DNA from: Eledone cirrhosa
Lineage: Eukaryota
DNA length: 64,000 bases
Assembly: GCA_964016885.1 (NCBI GenBank)
Contig: OZ024750.1
Span: forward strand, 23,498,001 to 23,562,000
Direction of reading: 5' to 3'
Part shown: positions 1 through 51,689 of the stretch, one piece after another
Layout of the letters: every line of letters begins with the position of its first letter
Position numbering within the stretch: position 1 is the first letter of the stretch
Notes under the pieces: model-generated
Databases searched by the model: none
Seen by the model: the letters and a program-made list of their open reading frames with translations, nothing else
Told to the model about the DNA's origin: nothing
Translations under genes and position numbers: made by a program

Positions 1-565
1 GCCCTTCCCATACATCTACCTTGCACATACATCTACCCTTCACCTATATCCACCCTTCACCTACATCCACCCTTCACATACATCCACCCTTCACCTACAT
101 CCACCCTTCACCTACATCTACCCTTCACATACATCCACCCTTCACATACATCCACCCTTCACCTACATCCACCCTTCACCTACATACACCCTTCACCTAC
201 ATCCACCCTTCACCTACATCTACCCTTCACCTACATTCACCCTTCACCTACATACACCCTTCACCTATATCCACCCTTCACCTACATCCACCCTTCACAT
301 ACATCCACCCTTCACCTACATCCACCCTTCACCTACATCTACCCTTCACATACATCCACCCTTCACATACATCCACCCTTCACCTACATCCACCCTTCAC
401 CTACATACACCCTTCACCTACATCCACCCTTCACCTACATCTACCCTTCACCTACATCTACCCTTCACCTACATCCACCCTTCACATACATCCACCCTTC
501 CCATACATCTACCTTTCACCTACATCCACCCTTCACCTACATCCACCCTTTACCTATATCTACCC
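1..565. repeat. 17-bp minisatellite (acatccacccttcacct)n
   Basis: Direct inspection. Confidence 0.95.
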
Positions 566-613
566 CAGTGTCCCATCCATGTACACCATATCATTTCCCC
601 CTCTCTGTTGCAG

Positions 614-38395
<37,782 letters not shown>

Positions 38396-39524
38396 GGTGA
38401 TGTGTCCTTGATGGGGTGGTCACTTTATGGAGGGCCATAAGATTATGTATCTTCTATGTAAGGATCAGTTAATAGAGCATTATGAGGTGATTGTGAGCTT
38501 AATGTCGTGGTCACTTGGTGGGGAGTTATGAGGTGATGTATGCTCAATATAGGACCACTTGGTGGAGAATTGTAAGGTGATGTGAGCTTAATGTCGTGGA
38601 CACTTGGTGGAGAGTTATGAGGTGATGTATGCTCAATATAGTGACCACTTTGTGGAGAGTTGGGCGGTGATGAATGCTCAATATAGTGATCACTTGGTGG
38701 AGAGTTGGGAGGCGAAATATGCTCTCCTTTAATCTCTGATCACTGATAATCCACCTCACCCCATATCGTCTTTCCCCAACCACACTTCTTATCTCTCTAT
38801 ATCTTCACCTTCTCCATCATCCCAACTTTCAGCCAGCCCATTTTACCAACTGTATCACTAAATCTACCTGATATAAATTGGTGATAGCACTAACAAGGTG
38901 GAGTGCATTTCAGTATCATTACATTTCATCAGCACTCTTTATTTATGTCCAGATATTGAAATATCGATAATAATTGTTTCTACTTTTGGCACAAGGCCAG
39001 CAATTATATCAGTGCATTACTGGTACTTTATTTTATCGACCCCGTAAGGATGAAAGCAAAGTTAACCTCAGTGAGAAATTAACCTCTAAGATTTCATTGT
39101 GAATGCTAGTCAAGCTTGCACTGTATGTAAGTATTCACCATGAATGGTGGTTTGTTTACAAGAAGCTATTATCTTCCATACTTCAACATCTGGGCATAAG
39201 TAAGTGAGTGCTAATGAACTGTAGCAACAATGAAATGCATCTGCCAGTTTTACCCTCCTGCTGAGATAGCTGTGACATGATCACTGCTTAAAAACCCACA
39301 AAGAGATTAAATGTATGTTTATTATATCTAAACATATCGTATATTGGTTTATATACATCTTTATTCTCCCGTATATATGCCGCTCCCATTATATAGCTAA
39401 AACTACCATTCCTTTTGTCACTAAATCTACTTCATATATAGGCATTATTTATATATGCTTCCCCCATATATACACATATTATATTTCTATAACTGTATAT
39501 TGTATTGCCCTATACATATACATA

Positions 39525-39692
39525 CCATATTTCCCTGCATCGAAGACGCTACTTTTTTCCTAAAATAAGTCTCAAAAATCTACCATGCATCCTGGAGGCC
39601 GAAGGTTGTTTAGTATTTTTTTCAAATTTTTGGTTGTCAAAATTAGGCTGTATCCTCGAGGACAAAGCATCTTCGGCACCGGGGAAATACGG
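39525..39692. mobile_element. Tc1/mariner-superfamily MITE
   Basis: Imperfect ~26-bp TIRs ccatatttccctgcatcgaagacgct / agcatcttcggcaccggggaaatacgg flanked by TA. Confidence 0.75.
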
Positions 39693-39928
39693 TACTTTAT
39701 GTCTATATTGTATATACATTTCATCATAAATTGTTTATGTTATAGTTTGTACATAGATAACAAGTAAGATGTTATATATACAATATATAAGTGAAGGCAT
39801 GTGACCTAGTGTTTAGGGTGTTGGACTTGTGATCATAAGGTCATGGGTTCAATTCCTTGACTAAGTGGTGCATTGTATTCTTGAGAAAAATACTTTGAGC
39901 TGCATCTTATGCCAGGAGTTGACAACTG

Positions 39929-40316
39929 GCAGACAGTATCAGCAATGGAAAGACCAATGGAGACATTGTTTCCTTGGTCTGATCTGATGCTCAGCAGACA
40001 GTATCAGCAATGGAAAGACCAATGGAGACATTGTTTGCTTGGTCTGATCTGATGCTCAGCAGACAGTATCAGCAATGGAAAGACTAATGGAGACATTGTT
40101 TCCTTGGTCTGATCTGATGATCAGCAGACAGTATCAGCAATGAAAAGACCAATGGAGACATTGTTTCCTTGGTCTGATCTGATGATCAGCAGACAGTATC
40201 AGCAATGAAAAGACCAATGGAGACATTGTTTCCTTGGTCTGATCTGATGATCAGCAGACAGTATCAGCAATGGAAAGACCAATGGAAACTTTGTCTCCTT
40301 GGTCCAATCTGATGAT
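39929..40316. repeat. 65-bp minisatellite, ~6 copies, each with an internal hairpin
   Basis: agaccaatggagaca-t-tgtttccttggtct within each unit. Confidence 0.92.
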
Positions 40317-41249
40317 TGGTTAGTTTTATATTCGATATTTTCTTTTATTAACACAGCATATGGTTTGAGATTATATTTACAAACAACAAATGTAACATAT
40401 TAATTTGTAATAAACATCAAAGATATCATTTATAAAATCTGGTTGTGAAAATATATGGTCAGATATATGATGAAACATATTTTCTTTTTCAAATTATTCA
40501 AAAAAATATTTACAAACAGATGATTGTATATAATGGGTCCTAATGATAGCAAGAAGGCAGTGAATTGGCAGAGTCGTTAGAATGTCAGATAGATTACTTT
40601 ATGGCATTCTTTCCGGCTCTCTGATCTTTGAGTTCAAATCCCGCTGAGGTCAACTTTGCCTTTCATCCTTTCGAGGTTGATAGAATAAGTACTAGTCTAG
40701 TACTGAGGACAATTCTTCCTCTATATTTCTTTCTCATTTCCTCTCTCTCTCACTTTCTATCTTTCTCTGGAAGAAATCTGCTGTACTCAGGCCTGGAGAG
40801 GAATAGGCTCTGCCAAGTTTAAAATATCCAAGAAATGCTGTATGTCAATACAACACCCCTATGACTCTATCAGGAGTTACAGGACCATACCATACCTTAC
40901 CAATGATAGCAGAGGGTGGTGGGGTGGCAGAATCGCTGGTGTGTCAAATAAAATGCCATTTGTTCTGGCTCTTTACATTCTTAGTTCAAATCCTGCCAAG
41001 ATCACTTTTACCATTCATCTTTCCAGGTCGATAAAGTAAAATATCAGTCAAGTACTGGGGTTGGTTTAATCAACTTTGCATTTCCGCCGAATTTGCTGGC
41101 CTTGTACCTAAATTAGAAATCAATTCTGACACAAGCTCAGCAACTTTGCAAGGCGGGGAAAGTTGATTAAATCAGCCTAGTATTTGACTGGTTCTTTATT
41201 TTTATCAATCTCGGAAGGTTCTACAGCTGGATGCCCCTCCTAACACCAA

Positions 41250-42260
41250 CCACTTTACAGAGTGTACTGGTTGCATTTTATCATAGGACCAGCCCTCTCA
41301 CTTTACAGAATGTACTGGGAGTATTTTATAACTGTACCAACCCTGTCACTTTATAGAGTGTACTGGGAGTATTTTATAACAGTACCAACCCTGTCACTTT
41401 ATAGAGTGTACTGGGAGTATTTTATAACAGTACCAGCCCTGTCACTTTACAGAGTGTACTGGGAGTATTTTATCACAATACCAGCCCTATCACTTTACAG
41501 AATGTACTGGGAGTATTTTATCATAGCTGCAGCCCTATCACTTTACAGAGTGTACTGGGAGTATTTTATCACAGTACAAGCGCTATCACTTTACAGAGTG
41601 TACTGGGAATATTTTATCACAGTACCAGCCCTATCACTTTACAGAATGTACTGGGAGTATTTTATCATAGCTGCAGCACTATCACTTTACAGAGTGTACT
41701 GCGAGTATTTTATCACAGTACCAGCCCTATCACTTTACAGAATGTACTGGGAGTATTTTATCATAGCTGCAGCACTATCACTTTACAGAGTGTACTGCGA
41801 GTATTTTATCACAGTACCAGCCCTATCACTTTACAGAATGTACTGGGAGTATTTTATCATAGCTGCAGCACTATCACTTTACAGAGTGTACTGCGAGTAT
41901 TTTATCACAGTACCAGCCCTATCACTTTACAGAATGTACTGGGAGTATTTTATCATAGCTGCACCACTATCACTTTACAGAGTGTACTGCGAGTATTTTA
42001 TAATAGTACCAGCCCTGTCACTTCGCAGAATGTACTGGGAGTATTTTATCATAGCTGCAGCACTATCACTTTACAGAGTGTACTGGGAATATTTTATCAC
42101 AGTACCAGCCCTATCACTTTACAGAGTGTACTGGGAGTATTTTATCATAGCTGTGGCACTATCACTTTACAGTGTACTGGATATATTTTATTGTAGCATC
42201 AGCACTACCGGTTTACAGGGTGTACAGGGTGCATTTATTGTAGCACCAGTGCCACCACAT
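41250..42260. repeat. 48-bp minisatellite with a 96-bp higher-order period
   Basis: cactttacagagtgtactgggagtattttatcacagtaccagccctat alternating with an ...atagctgcagcac variant. Confidence 0.95.
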
Positions 42261-43697
42261 GCAGAATCTACTGGGTGTATTCCAAAGTGACATTAACATT
42301 AGTATGATCATTATGTCCTTAGCTGGACAGAGAGTGTTGATGATGTATTTTATTTTATTATATATATATACATTTTAAGACTGAAAAATCACAAAATGTG
42401 TTCAGAAAGGTCAAGGTTGATTAAAAGCATTCTAGCCTTTGACCCAGCATCCTAGTTTTTAGAAATCTGGAGTCAATATTTCTTCACAATTCTTAAATTG
42501 TTTCAAACATTATTAAGTCTTTATTTGAGTCATATTTGAATTCAATGATATAATTTGTGTGACTGTAAATGGTTTTAATTCTTCAACAAATAATAGGAAT
42601 GGTGTTTGCTGTGGAAACACATTCCAATGAAACCTGGCAACAATCATAACCAAGCTCATATTCCCAATTTACTTTCACTCCCACTCTCATTCCCACTCAT
42701 ACTTTCACTACAACCAATCTCCTACTCCCCATCTACTTTCTCCTACTCTTACTCTATCCCCACCCCTGTTATATTTGTACTCTCACTACACCCAATCTCC
42801 TACTACTCTATAAACTTCATCTGTAATTATGGAAGATCTAATTTGATGCATTCTATGACTGTTTTAATAAACTTTGATCTTGGCTCTTTTGAGTACCAGT
42901 CAACTACTGGGTTGGTTTAACCCTTTTGAACTAGCTCTGGTTCTATGAAACAAAGCCATCCATTTTAAAATCTTTCTATTGTGTGTGTGTGTGTGTGTGT
43001 GTGTGTTGGTATGGATGTTATTGCATATGTGGATCTATATGTTTTCAGTTATATGTACACATGCGTATGCTTCTCTCTACATGTGTACACATGCAATTAT
43101 TACATGGAATGTATGTATGTATGTTCTCCATAGAGGGCAAAAAAAACTAAAGAACTTCTTCTTCTCCTCCTCCTACTTCTTTGCTCACTTATTCCTGTAA
43201 GGGGTCTTGTAGGTGGAGTTCTAAGCACATCTTCCAATGGGTCCTGTCAGAAGCAACTGTCTCTCCAAGCCAGACTAGCCGACGTCATATATGTTACCCA
43301 ACCATATTTTGTGTGGTCTACCCTTGGGTTTCCTGTTGGTTGGTTTTGCCTATAAAATCTGTCCAGCGATTCTTTCCTTAGACATTCTGACCACATGTCC
43401 ATGGTATCAGAGCTGTGATCTCTCAATTCAGAGCAGTAGCGGCTCTATCTGGAGTGACTCCCTGATCTCCATGCTATGTACTACATTACTCTAAAGACCC
43501 TTTGAAAATAGGCAGTTATTCATAATAAAATTAGGGCATTTTCATGTAGGTTGGTATAAAATGAATTAACATCCAGTGTCTCCAGTAGATCTTTTCAGTC
43601 ACCTAATAAGAGAGGATTATTCACAGAGAAATCCTTCAATCAAACCAACATCAGCAACATTGAATGCACACTATACATCTATCAATTGAGGATGGTT

Positions 43698-44258
43698 CAG
43701 AGGTGTATCTAGGGGATGGCAAGCATGGCACGTGCCACGGGCGCCACATGAAAGGGGGCACTACCTGAACTAGAAGATCTTTCTATTAAAGTCAGATAAG
43801 TTATCATCAGAGAGTGAAAAAAAAGAAACTTCTTCAGATGTATGATCTCTCTTTGATTACCATGAGTGAGAAACACTGGTGGCTGGATCATTAAACCATC
43901 TATATAAATTATTAATCCTATAGATAAAAATACAGTGCTGGGAACTAAATGATCCTAGAAGCATGTCTCATAGTATGACTTGTCAAATATTTTAATAGGG
44001 TTTTAATATTTGTCAAAGATCAGTATTACACAGATCACTTCCTTTAAATACACTAACACTTTTGCCAATACTTTACGTATACTTAAGTGTAAAGGATACC
44101 TGTAAAACAAATGAAAATGCAGTTTAATACCCTTAAACCCTCAATTATTTAAACTGTGCTGTCAATCCCATTGTCTAACAACTATGTAGCTTGCTGCATG
44201 GGTAGTGGTACAATTTAAATGTTTGCCATAGGCATTATTTTCCCTTGTTACACCTCTG
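43698..44258. mobile_element. Non-autonomous DNA element with CAGAGGTGTA TIRs (second copy ~19248-19535)
   Basis: cagaggtgtatctaggg ... cccttgttacacctctg; internal similarity to 19255-19530; no clean 8-bp TSD. Confidence 0.65.
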
Positions 44259-44302
44259 GTTCAAGCATGGAGTGTCTTCCTGATGTGATCCTTGATGGCC
44301 AG

Positions 44303-44597
44303 CACAGCTCCCATGACTTTCGGAAACATTTAACAACTCAGAGTTGTTAAAGCATGGAACAAACTACCTGCATCAGTTGTTAGCTACCGAGACACTGCAT
44401 CCTTTAAAACCTCCATGCTTCCTGAAATTCGCCAACACTACACCTGATATCCCCCCTCCATACACACGCGCACATGTATATCATGACTCATACACTGTTC
44501 ACTTTCCTGACATTTGTATATTATTCTATGTACTATACATGCACCTTTGATGATTTGTAGTGCACCTGAGACTGTACACAATAATTTCATTATTATT
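44303..44597 (+). mobile_element. CR1-like LINE 3' end
   Basis: Reverse complement of the family above. Confidence 0.85.
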
Positions 44598-47301
44598 GTT
44601 CTTTGAGTCTCAGTCATTGATGTTATTTAACTGGAAAGTTTGTTGAAATGAATAGCAAGCCGCTACCTGCAGCCTCAGATATTCAGGACGTATCGGAAGG
44701 TTCTTGCTGTTCCCAGTAAGCATGCCTTTTGAAGTGTTCCAAAAAGCGGGGCTGTACTAATCTTCTTTAACCACCTTTCATCCTTACGGGGTCGATAAAA
44801 TAAAGTACCAGTAATGTACTTGGGTAATTGCTGGCCTTGTGCCAAACGTAGAAACATTTATTATTATTATTATCTTGGTCAATGTATGGCTGGAGAAACA
44901 AAGAAGTGATTCAAAAGACCAACTGAAGACACTTTGAAGAGGAACAACATCAATCCTTCAAGAGTGAAAGACATGGCAACCAACGAGATATTTTGTGAAG
45001 GTGTGTGGCCAGGTGGCTAAGGTGTTGGACTCACAATCATACGATCATGGGTTCGAGTCCTGGATCAGCTAGAGCATGGTGTTCGTGAGCGAGTGGTGGT
45101 AGAACTAGTAAAAGTAATAGCAGTAGTAACTGTTATTGTTGTTGTGGCGGTGATGGTGTTGTTGGTAGTGTTAGTCGTATCAGTAGTATCATCATCATCA
45201 TTAGTAGTGGTAGTAGTAGTAGTAGTAGCAGCAGCAATATTAATAGTAGTGGTAGTAGTAACAGTAGTAGTAGTATTGTTTTACATCTATCACTACAACA
45301 CATGTTTATGTTATCGTTTTCCTTTCCTCATCTGGCTTAAAACTCACTACCACTCTCTCTCTCTCTCTACATATATATGTGTGTGTGTGTGTGTGTGTAC
45401 GCCCACACCCTTCAGCTTCGCCTAACTATCCTTTTTCCCGATTTCTGAATACACACACACACACACACATTGTGTACATAAGTAGTGAGAGAGTGTGTGT
45501 GTTTGTGTTGTTTCAATCACATCACCTCTCACCAAATTTCTTGAAATGTTTCAATGTCGGAAAAATATCAGTTCGCTGACAACATAGACAACCACCACAG
45601 TACAACATAGACCAACACCACCGCCACCACATAACAGACCACACTACTCCCCCCCCCCCATCATACACCATAGACAACCACCACCACCCTCACCATACAA
45701 CATAGACAACCACCTCCACCACCACTATACAACACTTATATTATCGACACCGCCAACAACAATAAACGCAACATTAGAAGGGTGTGTGTAACTGTAATGG
45801 TATGTGTGATAAATGCTGGTAAAAGTTGTGATTATCTAGTGTAATAAACATTCCACACACACAGATACATAGACGCATATGCACGCAGATAGACAAACAC
45901 ACACACATAGATCGAGACACATACAGATAGATACACACAGATAGTCATTTGCACAGACACACACATATACATAGTTATACACACAAATAGAAACACACAT
46001 TCACGAGAGAGAGAAAGAGGTATTGGACGAGTTGTCTACAATTATCAACACTCACTCGGATTACAGAGGTACCCAAACTCTATATACACACGAATCAGGT
46101 ATTTATAACATAATAATAATAATGAAATTATTGTGTACTATATATATATATATAGTGCACTATATATATATATATATATACATATATATGTGTGTGCATG
46201 TGTGAACATATATATATATATATATAAAAGTATATATATACATGTTATGTTTTATTCTTTTGCTAGCCGGCTTCTATGATTGAACTGCAGCTATGCTAGG
46301 GCACCACTTTCAACAGCCTTTATTTTAACGAGTAGAAAAACCACCCTTCGGGTAGTTTTCTGTAGCATGTGCAGTGTGCATATTGATATTATACGCAAAT
46401 ATACATGCATGTAGATATGATACATCAAATAAAAAATAATTGAGAATATGCACAGAAATTGAAGAGACTGTGTTACATACACTCTCTTCTGTAATCAGTA
46501 AAGTAATCCATGATACATTTAAGAAAGACGATATTATATATAGACTGCATTACGGAGAAATGTAATGAAAACGAAAAAGGAGAAAATTAGCGACCGAAAT
46601 ATAAACGTTCTGTTATAACGATGCAAATATATGGACGTTAATATAAGCGATATGATATAGCGTTCGTTATATCATAACCGGAAGTATTGACATTTGAAAA
46701 TTTTTAAAGAAGTGAATCTTAAAAGAATATTTATGTTTAATCAACAGCTATTTAGTACATACATAGTACATAAATTATTTAATATTCATTCATTATTTAT
46801 TCAAAGGAATCCAACTTATTTTACTAACGGGGAACTTTGTATTTTGTCAATCTCTTTTTTGTCCGACCGCTAAGTTACGAAACATAAACAAACAGTACAT
46901 GTAAACACATGCACAAAGACATACATACATGAGAAGCTGGGCTTCACAGAAACAGAAAGAACACGACTAGTTAAGAAATTACAAGTACAATCCATTAATG
47001 GAACAGTAAAAATATGTAAAACATTCCAAAAATTCTGCATATACACTTGTACAGATACAAAGCATATGCACACATACAAATCAAAGCATACACATCCACA
47101 CATACAATCATATCCATACCCGCACACACATGCATGCATGCATGCAGTCATGCATACATATCTACCTAGTTGATGTGTAAATTCCAATGAGAGAGTCTTG
47201 TATCTATGTTAAAAACCAGCTCTCTCTAGTGGCAAAAATGTGTGAAATTATAAAACCAGAACATACATTCATACATGCATACATACATTCATATATATAT
47301 A

Positions 47302-47680
47302 TCATCATTTTACGTCTGCTTTTCTCTGCTTGTAAGGGTTGGATGGGTCCTATTCACCACAGCATCTCTCCACTTGTCATGGTCCTTCATCATCTCCTCC
47401 GTGAGTTTCAGCCATCTGAGGTCCGCTCTCACCACCTCTGCCCATGTTTTTCGTGGTCTACCTCTACTGCGATTTCTTGGCACTTCTTTACCCAGTGGTC
47501 ATCCTCCATGCGTATCACATGTCCATACCATCTCAGTCTTCTCTCCTGCACACCCCAACTTATCCCTCTTATACCCAGTTTCTTTCTCAACTTGTCTATG
47601 CTTGGTCGCACATTGACATTGCACATCCTACAGAGCATGCTTGCTTCATTTCTCTCCAGCCGTCGCATATCCTCTGCAGG
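47302..47680 (-). mobile_element. RTE LINE remnant (related pieces near 10260-10670, 31060-31240, 33000-33240, 43160-43490, 61320-61740)
   Basis: RRLERNEASMLCRMC...RRLRWYGHVIRM. Confidence 0.8.
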
Positions 47681-48004
47681 ATATATATATATGTATATAT
47701 AGAGAGAGATGGGATATTCATAACTGTAATACCTCGGGTTTGCTAAATAGATACTGAACTGTGGTGATACCCCCTTTTAATACCAAACCAGCCCTGAATA
47801 GATGCTGATCTGGGGATTATGCCCACTTTTAATACCAAACCAGCCCTGAATAGATGCTGATCTGGGGTTATACCCCCTTTTAATACCAAACCACCCTTGC
47901 TTCTACAATGGGAAACTGTTTAAACTCTTTATATTTATCTAAAACTTTTGCATGATGATTTTATGTAAGAACCTTTGTTAAGTTATGTTCTAAACATCAA
48001 TTTA

Positions 48005-49555
48005 ATAATGGTTTCTACTTTGGCCACAAGGTCAGTTAATTGAAGGGGAGGGGGAAATCGATTAAATCGAACCAGTACGTTACTGGTGCTTTATTTTAAC
48101 AACCCCGTGAGGATGAAAAGCAAAGCTAACCGTGGGAGGATTTTGAACTCAGAGTGTAAAGGGCCGAAACTTTATGCCACAAAGCATATTGTCCAACGCT
48201 CTACCGACTCTGCCAATCCACCGTCCTCAGCTTAATAATGGTTTCTCATTTTGTGACAAGGACAGTAATTTTTAGTGGTGGTGGAAGGCAAAATTGATTA
48301 TATCAACCTCAGCACATGACTGGTACTTTACTTTATCAACCCTGGAAGGATGAAAGCAAAGTTGACTTCAGCATGATTCGAACTCAGAACATAAAGAGCC
48401 AGAACAAATACTGCTAACCATTTGTCCGACGTTCTAACGACTTTGCCAATCAACCACCCTTACATTAGCTTAATAATTGTTTCTACTTTTGGCACAAGGC
48501 CAGCAATTACCCAGTGTATTACTGGTACTTTATTTTATCGACCCCATAAGGATGAAAGGCAAAGTTAACCTCGGCGGGATTTGAACTCAGAATGGCAAGG
48601 GCCGTAACTCTATGCGTCAAAGCATGGCGTCCGACCCTCTACCGATACTGCCAATCCACAAAGTTATTTTACTAAATCTCTCCAAATTCTTGATTAGTTT
48701 TGAAAATTGTTTGAAAATTATAGGCAGTGTCTTTCATTAGAAATATGGTAATGAAAGGAATACAACAACAATGATATCAATAATAATAATTATTATTATT
48801 ATTTCTACTTTAGGCACAAGGCCAGCGAATACCCAGTGCATTACTGGTACTTTATTTTATCGACCCCGTAAGGATGAAAAGCAAAGTCAACCTCGGCGGG
48901 ATTTGAACTCAGATCGTAAAGGGACGTAACTACGCTGGAAAGCATGGCGTCCGACCCTCTACCGATACTGCCAATCCACCGCCCTTTAATAATAATCATA
49001 ATAATTGTTTCTACTTTAGGCACAAGGCCAGCAATTACCCAGTACATTACTGGTACTTTATTTTATCGACCCCGTAAGGATGAAAGGCAAAGTTAACCTC
49101 GGCGGGATTTGAACTCAGACTGTAAAGGGACGTAACTATGCTAGAAAGCATGGCGTCCAACCCTCTACCGATACTGCCAATTCAATAATAATAATAATAA
49201 CTGTTTCTGCTTTTGGCACAAGGCCAGCAATTAACCCAGTGCATTACTGGTGCTTTATTTTATCAACCCTGTAAGGGATTTGGACTCAGATCGTAAAGCA
49301 TGGTGTCTGACGTTCTACCAATACTGCCAATCCACTAATGATAATGGTTTCTTCTTATATAGGCACAAGGCCTGCAATTTTGGAGAGGGGAAAGTCAATT
49401 AAATCGAACCCAGTGCATTACTGATACTTTATTTTATTGACCCCATAAGGAGGAAAGGCAAAGTTAACCTGGGCGGGATTTGAACTCAGATCATAAAGGG
49501 CCGTAACTCTGTGCTGCAAAGCATGGTATATGACGCTCTACCGATACTGCCAATC
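48005..49555 (-). mobile_element. Cluster of about 8 same-orientation SINE copies
   Basis: Repeated tgtttctacttttggcacaaggcc...gatactgccaatccac units. Confidence 0.85.
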
Positions 49556-50294
49556 AACTAATAATAATAACAACAACAGCAACAATAACATTAACAACTA
49601 AGTAGGTTCCGTTAGTAGTTGTGTTTACCACATTCTCGTGTTTATTTAACATTATAAATTGGTTAAACATACAGAAAATAAAGCAGCGTTGGAAAGGACT
49701 ATAAATGAGAAGTGTTTCGGCTGTGCTCTGCCAAAGGCGTTTCCACAGACAATGGCCAGTGACACCCGCTGCAACAACCACCCCACCTACATCACGGGGC
49801 TCCTTTCTCAGATGGGCTGCTATCAGTCCGATTTTATGGAGGAGGTCAGCTGTCCAGGGTTCTGGGATGCCTGAGGTCTCAACAGCAAACATGCAGCAGC
49901 CAGACAAACCACGGTATTTGCTTGTCCTCCTGTCTTCTGCATTGCAGTCCTTGGTACCAGGGTTAGTTTCACTCTTGTCTGTTTTACTCTCTATAAGTAA
50001 GGAGAACAATCTTCTTTGTCCCACTTTCTCATTCTCTCTTCTTTACTCACCTCACTCTCTCTCTCTCTCTTTCTCATAGGTTAGAACAGAGGGTAGAGAA
50101 AGTAACCCAGTTGGCATGGACCTATAGTTTTGACCTACTTACCTCATATCTTAGTTCTTTTATTCTGTTCTGTTACATGTACACCACATGTACATGTGGT
50201 GTACCTAATCCATTGTCCAGCTGGGAAGATGCAGCAAAAGACCAACAAGGCTAGGACTTACTTACTACTCAGTGCCTCCCTACATTATTTAAAC

Positions 50295-50572
50295 TTCTCT
50301 CTGACCAGTTCACTGTCAACAGAGACAGTGACATGGCTTGGCATCAGAACCTCTCTCTGACCAGTTCACTGTCAACAGAGACTGAGACATGGCTTGGCAT
50401 CAGAACTTCTCTCTGACCAGTTCACTGTCAACAGAGACTGAAACATGGCTTGGCATCAGAACCTCTCTCTGACCAGTTCACTGTCAACAGAGACAGAAAC
50501 ATGGCTTGGCATCAGAACCTCTCTCTGACCAGTTCACTGTCAACAGAGACAGTGACGTGGCTTGGCATCAGA
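50295..50572. repeat. 56-bp minisatellite, ~5 copies
   Basis: ctctctgaccagttcactgtcaacagagacagtgacatggcttggcatcagaac. Confidence 0.92.
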
Positions 50573-51689
50573 AGTTAAGGCCATATTGTCCACCAGCACA
50601 ACATATGTGCAACATCTCCAGTCAAGTCTGTGGGTCATACAATGGATCTTACACCCATGTACATGCCCATCTCTGACTTTCATGAAAAGGAACATCATTA
50701 ACATCAACAGAATACTTACATTTCACATTGGGCCTGGACATATTTTCTGATGTTCTACACAAGCCTACATACCCCCCCCCCCTCAACCCATGATTAACAA
50801 CACTATTATTTACAAAATGTATGATATATGAAAATAAAAGTTCCCCAAAATAAATCATTGTTTTTCCCATCAAAAGAAAACGACCAATTATATATGTTGT
50901 ACTTTACATTGGAATGTATAAAAGTGGCATCTTTTGTGTTATTTTTATTGAATGTAGTGATTAGTATGTTGGGCTCACGATTGTAAGGTGATGAGTTTGA
51001 TTCTTGGACTGAGAGACTTGCTATGTCCTTCAGCAAGACACTTTACTTCACATTGCTACTCACAGTCAATTCTGCTAGAAAAATTAAGTGGTGATGTCAC
51101 AGGTGCCAAGCTGTATTTGGCTTTTATCTTTCCCTTAAACAGCATCATATATAGTGTATACTGTATATATATAGTGTATATATATATATATAGTCTCCGA
51201 GTCCACACTGTAAAAGTGGTTGGTATTAGGAAGGGCATCCCGCTAGAGACACTTCTGTACGAGCGAGACACAGACTCCCGACCAATCCCGCATCAAATGG
51301 AACAAAACCACCTAACCCATGCTAGCGTGGAAGATGGACGTTAAACGATGAGGATGATGATATAGAATATATATATATATATATCATCATTTAATGTCCA
51401 TTTTCCACACTAGCATGGGTAGGACGAGCTGACCCTTTGGAAGAGAATCAAATCAAAGGACTGTGTTTTGCTCACCCTGGGCTGATTTTAGCTTGGTTTC
51501 TACAGCTGGATGCCCTTCCTATCACCATATCTTCCAATCTGACCTTCTGTTGTAAATATATATATATATATATTTATAGAGAGAGATATTGTGTGTATAT
51601 AGTGTATATGTATATGTTGTTGTGTCATCACTGGTGCCAAGCTGTATAGTCATTTATCTTTCCTTCAAACAGCATCATATATAGTCTGA

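Noticed and set aside
41262-42290. 342-aa ORF with 16-aa repeats
   Set aside because: 48-bp TE-derived minisatellite; no splice or domain support.
42515-45580. Possible minus-strand transcript (acceptor-like ccacag near 42610, short ORF QTPFLLFVEELKPF..., donor-like site near 45530)
   Set aside because: No recognisable protein and no consistent exon chain; needs RNA data.
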